Shown piece by piece: positions 1 to 9,474 of a stretch of DNA of 49,115 bases. The notes beneath the pieces are model-generated. The model was not told where the DNA came from. It worked only from the letters and a program-made list of their open reading frames with translations, and did no database searches. The translations under genes were made by a program, and so were the position numbers. This DNA is from Gemmatimonadota bacterium (GTDB lineage Bacteria; Latescibacterota; UBA2968; UBA8231). How positions within the stretch are numbered: position 1 is the first letter of the stretch; every line of letters starts with the position of its first letter. The stretch covers positions 23,677 through 72,791 of the forward strand of contig JAYPJE010000020.1 in NCBI GenBank assembly GCA_038128265.1, read 5' to 3'.

Positions 1-2
1 CA

Positions 3-3000
3 ATCGCATCGTCTGCCCACGCACTGCATTTCCACGTCAATCCCGAAACGGGCGACGATCGGCGCAGCGTGCAGAGCGCACAGGATCCGAGCACGCCCTT
101 TAAGACCGTTGAGCACGCGCTGCGCATCGCGCATTTGGTGACCGAAGGCCGGCCACACGTCATCGAATTGCCCGCCGGCACCTACTCGCCCAGCACGGGG
201 GTGAACTTTCCGCTAACTATAAGCCAGCCAGGAATTTACATCAAAACAAATGGACTGACCATATTCGACGCGGAAGGGAAGTCGAATTTCTTTAACATCA
301 CGGGTAAGACCAGCAACTTTACGATTCAAGGCATCGATTTTTACAACGGCGTCGCAGAAAAGGGCGGCGTCGCCTACTGCAATACCTGTTCTCTACGCGT
401 CGTAAACAACCGCTTTTTTAGAAACCGCTCGACCGATGGCGGACACATCGTCTATACGGAAAACGGCCGCCTACAGTTTTACAACAATCTCGTGCGCGAC
501 AGCGGCAGTGGAGCCGATACGCTCGCCGTCCTCGAACTGCGCAACACCTTTACCGACACCACAGTGCGCGACGAGATTCGCAACAACACCTTCTACCGCA
601 ATCCTTCAACAAACATCTGGACCGCCAGTCCGCGCACGTATATCAGCAGCAATATCTTCTTTGATCCACAGCGCGAAGTCATACGCGACGCCTCGGCTAG
701 CGCAACGCCGCTCATCGACCACAATGTCTTCTGGGACGCGGAGTTGTTCTATATATCGGACAAGGGCGACAGCATCAAAATCCAGCGTACAGTGTATGAC
801 ACGCTGACATTTGATAACGAGGCCAGCATCAAACTTCCGAGCGTAATGACCAATACGCCAGACGTACGCTCGCTGACGTTCCGCGGCGACACGCTGAGCC
901 TGGCACAGCTCAACGTGCGCATCCCGTCTTTTGTGACCAATCACCCAGATACGCTGATTCAAGTGGGAAAAACATATCAGTACCTGGTCTCCGTAAGCGG
1001 CCAGACAAACCAACACCAATTCAGGGCGCTGCAGTTGCCCACCGGCGCGCGACTCGATAGCGTGAGCGGCATCCCGCGACTCGTCATCTGGAATCCTACG
1101 CTAAATGACACGACGAGCCATCCGATCCAACTGCAAATCACCGACCCTGCGGGTGCTATCGATACGCTTTCGTACAACCTGGACGTGTACGCAGGGCAGA
1201 GTTTTCCCGATACGACCGGCTTTCGCGCCTATCGGGATGCCAGCGGGCGCTTTGCCGGCATGTATCGCGAAACCCAAACCATCGAGGTGCCGCACACCAC
1301 GAACCAGCCCTACCGCTTTGACATCCAGGTATCTGGCAACAAGCCCTTCTACTTTTTTAGGCCTTTGCAACTACCCAGCAGCGCGTCAACGAGCCTACTG
1401 AGTGAGGGCATTATCGATTGGACGCCCACGGCCGCTGATACGGGACGCAGCAACATCGAAGTCGCCATCACCAATCCGGTCGGCGACCTCGATACGCTGC
1501 GCTACAGCATCTACGTTTTTACGCCGCAGACCTTTCCCGACACTACAGCTACCGGGCCCCTTATTACCGCCAGGCTAGTCCCCGACACGACGGCGGCCAT
1601 CAACGCACTCAACGCGCTAGCGCCAACCTTCTCTGCGGCAGCCAGCGCCGTTGGCAATCTCTACGGCAACCCCGCTTTTCTCGACACGGTGGTCAACCGT
1701 TTTGAACTGGTCACCGGCTCTTCCCCCGCCATAGACAAGGGCACGCCTATCGGCTCTTTGGTAGACGGCAACAAATCGGCAAACGATATGGGGTTTCTCG
1801 GCGGTCCCGGCAATGCCGGCTCTCCTCTGCCAGATACGACTTCCTTTTCGGAAGTGAAGATCACCACCTTGCCCGACAGCGTCGTGACCGAAGGGCAGAC
1901 CTTTACCTACAGTCCAACGCTATCACCCAATGGCACAATCGATCTCATCGATCTGATTACAGACGTCTCCGGTTCCTCTCTACCGACAACGATGGGACCC
2001 TACAACCCCTTTGGAAAGAGGCCACCGATTCAATGGACACCGACATTAGCGGACACGGGGTCCTACCTAATCGGCGTTCGCGTCTTCACACCCGCTGGTT
2101 CGGGACGCCATTACTTTCCCCTGCGCGTGCGTCCCCTCAACGAGATCCCCATCCTCACCTCGGCCGCCGACACGACGGCCCTAGAAGATGCCCTCTATTC
2201 CTATGCGGTACAGGCCAGCGATGCCAATGGCGATACGCTGAGCTATGCGTTGGTCAGCGGTCCGAATGGGCTGACGGTCAACGCAGACTCGGGCGTCGTC
2301 CAATGGACCCCAACGCAGGACGTTGTCGGCGCGCACGCCGTATCTATCCGCATAGACGACGGCAAGGGTGGCATTAATCTGCACAACTATACGCTTGTGG
2401 TCAGCAACGTCAACGATCTACCTACAATCCTCTCATCGCCCGATACGACGGCTACCGAAGACGCACCGTTTACCTACGTCGTCTCTGCCAGCGATGCCGA
2501 TGTGGCAGACACGCTGAGCTATGCGCTAACGGAAGCCCCAGCGGGTGCAGCCATCGACAGCGCGGGCGTGCTTACCTGGACGCCCACGCAAAGTCAGGTC
2601 GGTGCACAGCGCTTTGTCGTCACCGCCACGGACCGCAGCAATGCCGTCGCCACGCAGCAGTTTTCCGTCCAGGTGGGCGCCTTTGACGACGTGCCCGTGA
2701 TCGCCGCTATACCCGACACATTGGCACGCGAAGACAGCGCCTATGCGCTCAACCTGCAGGCCAGCGACGAGGAAGGCGGCCCGCTGACCTATGCGCTAGT
2801 ACAAGGCCCCACCGGTATGACCATCGACAGCACGGGCGTGCTTACCTGGACGCCCGTAGCTGCGGATATTGGAAGCCACCCGGTTGAAGCAACCGCAACG
2901 GACCCATCTGGCCAAGCGGCGCGTCTATCATTCAGCGTAGAAGTGCTGGCCGTCAACGACGCCCCAAAAATCAACGCACAGTCGCCGAGCGAAGCGCAAG

Positions 3001-4865
3001 TATTAAATCCCACCCGTGGCACCGTGTCGTTTGCCGTCTCAGTCAGCGACGAAGAGGGCGATGCACTGAGCTTCTCTTGGCTAGTCAACGGCGCGGTCCA
3101 GGCCGATGCCAGCGATAGCTCCTTTAGCTACGCACCGCCCGCTACGCAGATTGACTCGATTACGGCGCTCATCGCAGACGCCAGCGATACGACCCGCTTT
3201 ACCTGGCAGCTCGACAGCCGGCAAATAGCGCGGTTAGGGCTCGACGCTGCGCGCGCAGACTTTGGCAACGTAGCCATCGGCGACACCGCGCGCATCGCCA
3301 TTGACGTGCGCAACGGCGGCGAAACGGCTCTGCTCATTAGCTCGCTGCAGGTGGGCGACCTGCACTTTGCCGCCACCTTCGGGGCCATATCCATCGATCC
3401 AGGCCAGCGCACGGAACTCGCCCTGAGCTATGTGCCCACGGCGCGGGGCGCCCGTGCCGACACCATTCGCTTTGCCAGCAACGACCCCGACAACGCCAGC
3501 GTAGCTATTCCGGTTAGCGGCACGGGCACGGTGGCCACAACCTTGAGCATCGATCTCGATCCCGCCGCCGGCGACCAGGGCCAAGTTGGGCGGGATGCCA
3601 AGGCCGGCGACACGCTGCACGTCGCACTCTATGCGCAAAAAGCAGCGTCCCTGCAGCGCTATGACCTGCTCCTGGGCTTTGCGCCGACCGCGCTGCGCTT
3701 TGTCTCGTTTTCACCGTCGAGCGCGAGCACCCCCAATATACTGGCCGCGCAAGGAGCTGCTGTGGCACACACCGCACAGCCGGTATCCGACTCCACGCTG
3801 GCGATCGATGTGGCCATTCCCAGCGGCAGTGTTACCGGCAGTGGCCTGTTGGGCATCGCCACCTTTGCCGTTGATTCGGGGGCACCGAGTATTCCCACGA
3901 CCCTATCCATTCGCCGCGCGGTTTTTAAGAGCCAGAATGTCGATGTTTCTGACACGCTTAGCGCCGCGCCGAGCGCGACCGTTAACCTGCGCCCCGCGCT
4001 CATCGGCGACTTCGACCTCGATGGCGACGTCGACTTTTCCGACTTCTTTCTGTTTAGCGATAACTTTGGCCAGTCCGACTTCAATCCGCTGACCGACCTC
4101 GATGCCGACGGAGCCGTCACATTCTCCGACTTCTTCATATTTAGCGATAACTTTGGTCGTTCCATCGCCGGCAAGCGGGGCGCCGAAGCGGTGGAATTTG
4201 CATCTTCTGACCTGCGCATGCGCATCGTTCGTTCACAGCCCGAACAGCTGGTCCTGGCTCCCTACTGGCAGGGCGAAACACCGTCGCGCGGCTACGTGCT
4301 CGCCCTGTCTTTCGATCCGCAAGCGCTGCAATTCGACCAATATGTCGCACGAGGCGAGCAGGCCCCTCTGCCCTGGGTCGTCGAGCAGACACCGGGCCAG
4401 TTGACCCTCGCAACGGGTTTGAGCCGCACACAGCGGGCGTTCGACGGGGACGATCTAGGCCAGCTGGTATTCGCGCGCGTCGCCCGCACGGGCACGGAGG
4501 TGCGCACGACGGCGGCCATGTCCTATACAGGGGACCAGGTGCGGATGCTAACTCCACCGTCGCCGCTGCGCATCCGCGCGCTGCCGGAGACATTCGCCCT
4601 CTATCCAGCGCACCCCAACCCCTTCAATCCGGACACGTCCATACCCTTTTATGTACCGGAGCAAACCGAGATATCGCTGCGAGTATACGACCTGCTGGGA
4701 CGCCCGGTGTACACGCTGCTCTCAGAGCGCATAGACCCGGGCTACCACAGCGCGGTGTGGCGCGGAATCGACGCCGACGGACGTCCGGTCGGCTCCGGAG
4801 TGTACCTGGTGGAGATGCGCACACCAGGATGGCGTCAAATCAGCAAAATTATGCTGCTTAAATAG
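3..4865 (+). CDS. Giant secreted multidomain protein, 5'-truncated: DUF1565-like beta-helix, cadherin/Ig-like repeats, ASH-like domain, cohesin-like domain, dockerin-like EF-hand pair, FlgD-Ig/T9SS-type C-terminal domain
   Basis: The frame is open from nt 3 (IASSAHA-LHFHVNPETGDD...PFKTVEHAL: signal-peptide end plus DUF1565-type motif), so the GTG at 69 is internal. Repeated (W/Y)TPTxxxxG and NDxP Ig motifs; DFDLDGDVDFSDFFLFSDNFG-type motif twice; C-terminal PNPFNP...YDLLGR...SGVY...KIMLLK. Confidence 0.85.
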   Translation: MASSAHALHFHVNPETGDDRRSVQSAQDPSTPFKTVEHALRIAHLVTEGRPHVIELPAGTYSPSTGVNFPLTISQPGIYIKTNGLTIFDAEGKSNFFNITGKTSNFTIQGIDFYNGVAEKGGVAYCNTCSLRVVNNRFFRNRSTDGGHIVYTENGRLQFYNNLVRDSGSGADTLAVLELRNTFTDTTVRDEIRNNTFYRNPSTNIWTASPRTYISSNIFFDPQREVIRDASASATPLIDHNVFWDAELFYISDKGDSIKIQRTVYDTLTFDNEASIKLPSVMTNTPDVRSLTFRGDTLSLAQLNVRIPSFVTNHPDTLIQVGKTYQYLVSVSGQTNQHQFRALQLPTGARLDSVSGIPRLVIWNPTLNDTTSHPIQLQITDPAGAIDTLSYNLDVYAGQSFPDTTGFRAYRDASGRFAGMYRETQTIEVPHTTNQPYRFDIQVSGNKPFYFFRPLQLPSSASTSLLSEGIIDWTPTAADTGRSNIEVAITNPVGDLDTLRYSIYVFTPQTFPDTTATGPLITARLVPDTTAAINALNALAPTFSAAASAVGNLYGNPAFLDTVVNRFELVTGSSPAIDKGTPIGSLVDGNKSANDMGFLGGPGNAGSPLPDTTSFSEVKITTLPDSVVTEGQTFTYSPTLSPNGTIDLIDLITDVSGSSLPTTMGPYNPFGKRPPIQWTPTLADTGSYLIGVRVFTPAGSGRHYFPLRVRPLNEIPILTSAADTTALEDALYSYAVQASDANGDTLSYALVSGPNGLTVNADSGVVQWTPTQDVVGAHAVSIRIDDGKGGINLHNYTLVVSNVNDLPTILSSPDTTATEDAPFTYVVSASDADVADTLSYALTEAPAGAAIDSAGVLTWTPTQSQVGAQRFVVTATDRSNAVATQQFSVQVGAFDDVPVIAAIPDTLAREDSAYALNLQASDEEGGPLTYALVQGPTGMTIDSTGVLTWTPVAADIGSHPVEATATDPSGQAARLSFSVEVLAVNDAPKINAQSPSEAQVLNPTRGTVSFAVSVSDEEGDALSFSWLVNGAVQADASDSSFSYAPPATQIDSITALIADASDTTRFTWQLDSRQIARLGLDAARADFGNVAIGDTARIAIDVRNGGETALLISSLQVGDLHFAATFGAISIDPGQRTELALSYVPTARGARADTIRFASNDPDNASVAIPVSGTGTVATTLSIDLDPAAGDQGQVGRDAKAGDTLHVALYAQKAASLQRYDLLLGFAPTALRFVSFSPSSASTPNILAAQGAAVAHTAQPVSDSTLAIDVAIPSGSVTGSGLLGIATFAVDSGAPSIPTTLSIRRAVFKSQNVDVSDTLSAAPSATVNLRPALIGDFDLDGDVDFSDFFLFSDNFGQSDFNPLTDLDADGAVTFSDFFIFSDNFGRSIAGKRGAEAVEFASSDLRMRIVRSQPEQLVLAPYWQGETPSRGYVLALSFDPQALQFDQYVARGEQAPLPWVVEQTPGQLTLATGLSRTQRAFDGDDLGQLVFARVARTGTEVRTTAAMSYTGDQVRMLTPPSPLRIRALPETFALYPAHPNPFNPDTSIPFYVPEQTEISLRVYDLLGRPVYTLLSERIDPGYHSAVWRGIDADGRPVGSGVYLVEMRTPGWRQISKIMLLK
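2551..2855 (+). repeat. Near-identical 35-nt intragenic direct repeat (2551-2585 and 2821-2855) in adjacent Ig/cadherin modules
   Basis: ccatcgacagc(g/a)cgggcgtgcttacctggacgccc, 34/35 identical, 270 nt apart. Confidence 0.85.
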
Positions 4866-4874
4866 GCCAATATC

Positions 4875-4913
4875 CGCATAGGTGGGAGCACCGTGTGTAC
4901 TCCCACCTATGCG
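4875..4913 (+). terminator. Strong stem-loop after the giant gene (probable terminator or 3' protector)
   Basis: cgcataggtgggag / ctcccacctatgcg, a perfect 14-bp inverted repeat 9 nt after the stop; no clear U-tract. Confidence 0.65.
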
Positions 4914-4923
4914 CGCCAAAATC

Positions 4924-4951
4924 TTGACATTCCCTCTGCGTACTCTATATT
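4924..4951 (+). promoter_or_regulatory. Sigma70-type promoter for rpmI-rplT
   Basis: TTGACA (4924-4929), 16 nt, TATATT (4946-4951). Confidence 0.65.
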
Positions 4952-5018
4952 AGTCTCTTTTGCTATTCGTCCGAACTGCTAAACGGCACTACCGATTGTA
5001 CTTACGAGAGGTTTCAAA

Positions 5019-5216
5019 ATGCCCAAAATCAAAACGCACAAAGCCTCAGCCAAGCGCTTCAAACGGCGCAACTCGGGCAGCATTAAACGCGGCAAAGCCT
5101 ATTCGACTCACCTCTTGGGTGGCCGCTCGACCAAGCGCAAGCGCAACCTGCGCAAGAAGTCGGTCGTCGTTAGCGCCGATATGGACAACGTCCGTCGCGC
5201 CCTCAACCTGAAATAG
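5019..5216 (+). CDS. rpmI: 50S ribosomal protein L35
   Basis: MPKIKTHKASAKRFK, 65 aa, GAGG SD, upstream of rplT. Confidence 0.97.
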   Translation: MPKIKTHKASAKRFKRRNSGSIKRGKAYSTHLLGGRSTKRKRNLRKKSVVVSADMDNVRRALNLK

Positions 5217-5268
5217 GTTGCGCCCGAATCGTTCCCGCCATCTTGCTTTTGTTATCGGAGATTAACCA

Positions 5269-5622
5269 ATGCCTCGTGTAAAACACGCCGTAGCCACCAA
5301 GCGGCGCAAGAAAAAGGTCCTCGACAGAGCCAAGGGTTATTGGGGCGCGCGCAGTCGCCTCTATCGCACGGCCCAAGAAGCCGTCAACCGCGCCGATGCC
5401 TACGCCTACCGCGACCGACGCGTGCGCAAGCGCGACTTTCGCCAGCTGTGGATTGTGCGCATCAACGCCGCGGCACGCATCAACGGCCTGTCCTATAGCC
5501 GCCTGATGCACGGTCTGGACAAGGCCGGCGTCGAGGTCAACCGCAAGGTGCTAGCCGACCTGGCCGTGAGCGATCCGACGGCGTTTGCCGCCATTGCCGA
5601 ACAGGCCAAGGCCCATCTCTAA
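5269..5622 (+). CDS. rplT: 50S ribosomal protein L20
   Basis: MPRVK...[10 protein letters not shown]...[18 protein letters not shown]...NRKVLADLA. Confidence 0.98.
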   Translation: MPRVKHAVATKRRKKKVLDRAKGYWGARSRLYRTAQEAVNRADAYAYRDRRVRKRDFRQLWIVRINAAARINGLSYSRLMHGLDKAGVEVNRKVLADLAVSDPTAFAAIAEQAKAHL

Positions 5623-5642
5623 ATCCGCGAGCCATTCTTAGG

Positions 5643-5691
5643 CGACGGCGCGCACCCGAGCCCGCGAGGGTTTAGGTGCGCGTCTCGTTTT
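5643..5691 (+). terminator. Intrinsic terminator-like hairpin between rplT and pheS
   Basis: ggcgcgcacc-cgagccc-GCGA-gggttta-ggtgcgcgtc long stem with GNRA loop, followed by tttt. Confidence 0.65.
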
Positions 5692-5722
5692 ACCCTTTTC
5701 TCGCCCTATCTTGCCGGAACCT

Positions 5723-6745
5723 ATGCTGGAACAATTGCACGAACTCCAGAAGGCGGCCGTCGAGGATATTCAGCGCGCAGCGGATCTCTCCGTTCTGGAA
5801 GAACTTCGCGTGCGCTATCTAGGCCGCAAGAGCCAACTTCGCCACATCATGGGCCAAATTGGCCAACTGCCCGCCGATCAGCGTCCGCAGCTTGGCCAAG
5901 CCGCCGGCGGTGCGCAAAAAGCCGTGCAGGCTGCGCTGGACGCACGCCAGCGCGATCTGCAGGAAGCAGCCGATGCACATGCCCACCTCGACGTGACGCT
6001 GCCGGGCAGATCGCCGCGGCGCGGTGCCCTGCACCCGCTAGCCCAGCTAGTAGACGAGCTGAGCGATATCTTTCGCGGCATGGGTTTCGACCTGGCCGAC
6101 GGTCCCGAGGCCGAAGACGAATACCACAACTTCGACGCGCTCAACACGCCGGCCGACCACCCGGCACGCGATCTGCACGACACGTTTTATCTGCGCGATG
6201 GAGGCCTGCTGCGCACCCATACTTCGACCGTGCAAATTCGCGTGATGGAAAAGCAGCAACCCCCTGTGCGCATCGTGTCGCTGGGGCGCTGCTACCGCAA
6301 AGAAACGGTTGATGCGACGCACCACTTCGCCTTCCACCAGTGCGAGGGCCTCTACGTAGACCGCAAGGTTTCTTTTGCCGATCTCAAGGGCACCATCGAA
6401 GCTATGGGGCGCCAGTTCTTGGGCGACGATACGCGCGTGCGCTTTCGCTCCCACTTTTTTCCCTTTACCGAGCCCAGTGTCGAATACGATTTCTCCTGCT
6501 CTATATGCCGCGGTGCAGATGCTCGGTGCAGCATCTGCAAGGGTACTGGCTGGATTGAGATCGCCGGGGCCGGCATGGTAGATCCCGCCGTTTTTGCAGC
6601 GGTCGGCTACGACCCCGAAGAATACAGCGGCTTTGCCTTTGGCATGGGGTTGGAGCGCATGGCGTTGATTCGCTACGGAATCGATGACGTGCGCCTCTTT
6701 TTAGAGAACGACCTGCGCTTTACCCGCCAGTTCAGCGCCAAATAA
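5723..6745 (+). CDS. pheS: Phenylalanine--tRNA ligase alpha subunit
   Basis: HPARDLHDTFY, LRTHTS, FPFTEPS, GFAFGMGLER. ATG 5723 preferred; TTG 5711 possible. Confidence 0.97.
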   Translation: MLEQLHELQKAAVEDIQRAADLSVLEELRVRYLGRKSQLRHIMGQIGQLPADQRPQLGQAAGGAQKAVQAALDARQRDLQEAADAHAHLDVTLPGRSPRRGALHPLAQLVDELSDIFRGMGFDLADGPEAEDEYHNFDALNTPADHPARDLHDTFYLRDGGLLRTHTSTVQIRVMEKQQPPVRIVSLGRCYRKETVDATHHFAFHQCEGLYVDRKVSFADLKGTIEAMGRQFLGDDTRVRFRSHFFPFTEPSVEYDFSCSICRGADARCSICKGTGWIEIAGAGMVDPAVFAAVGYDPEEYSGFAFGMGLERMALIRYGIDDVRLFLENDLRFTRQFSAK

Positions 6746-6769
6746 GCGGCCGAAAACGGAACACTGCGT

Positions 6770-9142
6770 ATGAAAATCACCACAAAATGGCTCGCGGAAT
6801 ATGTTGACTGCCCCTGGGACTGGCGCGAATTGGTCGACCGCCTGACGATGGCCGGACTCGAATTTGAAGGCGTAGACGAACTCGCACAGCGCTTCGAGGG
6901 CGTCGTCGTGGGCCACGTCCTCGAATGCGAGCGCCACCCCAACGCCGACCGCCTTTCCGTGTGCAAAGTCGATGTCGGCGAGGGCATCAACACCATCGTC
7001 TGCGGCGCGCCCAACGTCGCGGCCGGCCAGAAAGTGGCCGTGGCGTTACCCGGCTGCACCTTACCCGGCGACTTCACGATTAAAAAGGCGAAGATTCGCG
7101 GCGTAGAATCCCTCGGTATGATCTGTGCCGAAGATGAACTGGGACTCGGCGACAACCACGACGGCATCTTGATACTGGACGAAACCCTGGTGCCCGGGCA
7201 GCCATTTGCCAGCGCCGTCGGACTCGACGACACCGTCCTCGATTTCGAAATCACGCCAAACCGCCCCGACTGTCTCAGCGTCGTTGGCATTGCACGCGAA
7301 GTCCGCGCCCTCAGCGACAACCTGCTGAAGCTACCTGCCGTCGAAGTGGAGTCCCACGGCGCGCCCTGCTCGGACGACATCGACATTGCCATTGAGGTTC
7401 CAGAGGACTGTCCGCGCTACGTCGGCATCGTCATCCGCGACGTGGCCGTCGGCGCGTCGCCCGACTGGCTGCAGCGCCGCCTGCAGGCCGTCGGCCAGCG
7501 CCCCATCAACAACATCGTCGACATCACCAATTACGTGATGCTCGAACTGGGGCAGCCCCTGCACGCCTTTGATCTGCGCAAACTGGAGGACCAGCGCATC
7601 GTCGTGCGACGCGCGCGCGCTGGGGAAAGGCTCGAGACGCTCGACGGCATCGAGCGCTCCTTGGACGCAGATACCTTGGTCATCGCCGACGGCCAACGCC
7701 CTATCGCCCTAGCCGGCATCATGGGGGGAGCCAATTCAGAAGTCGACCAATCAACAACGGATATTGTGCTCGAAAGCGCCCATTTTTCGGCCAGTCGCAT
7801 ACGCCAAGCACGGGCGCGCTTAGGCATCCATACGGAAGCGGCCGCACGCTTTGAGCGCGGCGCCGACTGGGATATATGCCTGCGGGCGGCCAACCGGGCG
7901 GCAGCGCTCATGGTCGAATATGCGGCGGGACGCGTCGCTCCTGAACCCATAGACGCATATCCCCTGCCCCAGCAGACCGATACAATCGACATGCGCCTTT
8001 CCAGAGCCAACCAGCTGCTGGCGACAGACTTCAGCTCGGGCGAAGCCAAACGCATCCTCGAACTGCTCGACTGTGCGGTCGCGGTCGACGGCGACGTGCT
8101 GCACATAACCCCACCGAGCTTCCGACCCGACCTGCTGCGCGAAGCCGACATGATTGAAGAGCTAGGTCGCATATACGGATACGATCGCATCGCCGGCAGC
8201 CAACAGGCGAATGGCCCTTGGCTGCATCGCCTCGAACCTCTGCTGCACTGGCGCGGCGTAGCGCGCCGACGCCTGGCCGATATGGGCCTAGATGAAGTGC
8301 TGAGCAACACCATTGTCGATGCGGCCTGGGAAAAACACGTGCGCGCACCGGCAGCCATCGCCTTGGCCAACCCACCCACCGAGGCACAGTCGCTGCTGCG
8401 CACGCGCCTTTTGCCCAGCTTGCTCGAGATTGCGCGGCGGAATTTCAACCAACGCGCTCGCGCGCTGGCGCTCTTTGAAGTAGGAAAATGCTTTGTCGCA
8501 CCGACAGCAGAAGCGCAGCTTCCCGGGGAGCGCTGGCAGCTGGCCGCGCTCTATGCGGGCCCTCTATCACCGACCAACTGGCACGGGCCGCAGCGAGACG
8601 CCGATTTCTACGACCTCAAAGGCGCATTAGAAGCGCTGGGTGACGGGGCCCCTCTGCGCTTCGAACCAACCGATCATCCGGGCTACCGCCGCGGTCACTG
8701 CGCGCGCGTCGAATTGGCCGAGACAGCAATCGGCCACATCGGCCAGGTTGACCCCACTCTCTGCGACGCCTTTGATGTGGAAGCGGCAGTGTATATCTTT
8801 GAGCTGGACTTCGCCCCGCTGGTCGATTTCTGGCAGCAGCGCCGACGCGCATTTTCTCCGCTGCCCAAATTCCCGGCGGCAGAGCGCGATCTTTCCATCG
8901 TCGTGGGCGAAGAGACGAGTCACAGCGCGATAGCCGAAGTAATTGCTGCCGGCGCGCTCGTCGAGGACGTCGAATTTTTCGACCTGTATCAGGGCGAACC
9001 GATTGAAGACGGCTACAAGAGCCTCAGCTTTTCGATTCGCCTGCGCCATCCGCAGCGCACGCTGAAAGACGCGCAGGCCGATGCGGCCATAAGCGAGATT
9101 CTACAGCGGTTGCAAAAGCGTTTTGGCGCCCATTTGCGCTAG
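6770..9142 (+). CDS. pheT: Phenylalanine--tRNA ligase beta subunit
   Basis: HPNADRL, VCGAPN, ITPNRPD, NNIVDITNY, C-terminal anticodon-binding domain. Confidence 0.97.
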   Translation: MKITTKWLAEYVDCPWDWRELVDRLTMAGLEFEGVDELAQRFEGVVVGHVLECERHPNADRLSVCKVDVGEGINTIVCGAPNVAAGQKVAVALPGCTLPGDFTIKKAKIRGVESLGMICAEDELGLGDNHDGILILDETLVPGQPFASAVGLDDTVLDFEITPNRPDCLSVVGIAREVRALSDNLLKLPAVEVESHGAPCSDDIDIAIEVPEDCPRYVGIVIRDVAVGASPDWLQRRLQAVGQRPINNIVDITNYVMLELGQPLHAFDLRKLEDQRIVVRRARAGERLETLDGIERSLDADTLVIADGQRPIALAGIMGGANSEVDQSTTDIVLESAHFSASRIRQARARLGIHTEAAARFERGADWDICLRAANRAAALMVEYAAGRVAPEPIDAYPLPQQTDTIDMRLSRANQLLATDFSSGEAKRILELLDCAVAVDGDVLHITPPSFRPDLLREADMIEELGRIYGYDRIAGSQQANGPWLHRLEPLLHWRGVARRRLADMGLDEVLSNTIVDAAWEKHVRAPAAIALANPPTEAQSLLRTRLLPSLLEIARRNFNQRARALALFEVGKCFVAPTAEAQLPGERWQLAALYAGPLSPTNWHGPQRDADFYDLKGALEALGDGAPLRFEPTDHPGYRRGHCARVELAETAIGHIGQVDPTLCDAFDVEAAVYIFELDFAPLVDFWQQRRRAFSPLPKFPAAERDLSIVVGEETSHSAIAEVIAAGALVEDVEFFDLYQGEPIEDGYKSLSFSIRLRHPQRTLKDAQADAAISEILQRLQKRFGAHLR

Positions 9143-9174
9143 TTTTTTACGCCTTTCAGGAGCTTTGTCAGACC

Positions 9175-9432
9175 ATGGCTATGGACAGCAACTTTGAACG
9201 ACTTGAGCAAGAAGTAAACCGCTTAGTGGAAGTCTTGAATCGCCTGCGCGAGGAAAATACGGGACTCAAGAGCCGCATTCAGGAGTTAGAGCAGCAAAAC
9301 CAGCAATCGCAAGAAGAAATCGGCCGCCTGCGGCCATTGGAAGGCGAGTTGAGCGCGGCCAACCAAACCCGCGACGAGGTCAAGGGTCGCGTAGAAGGCC
9401 TGCTCCAGCGCCTCGACGGATTAGAGCTTTAA
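9175..9432 (+). CDS. zapB: ZapB-like coiled-coil cell division protein
   Basis: 85-aa heptad coiled coil in the conserved pheT-zapB-zapA position. Confidence 0.7.
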   Translation: MAMDSNFERLEQEVNRLVEVLNRLREENTGLKSRIQELEQQNQQSQEEIGRLRPLEGELSAANQTRDEVKGRVEGLLQRLDGLEL

Positions 9433-9474
9433 TTTTCATTCTGATAGCCTAGCGCCCGAACCGAGGAGCACCCC

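Noticed and set aside
6495..6550. CxxC...CxxC insert in PheS
   Set aside because: Common in many bacterial PheS proteins.
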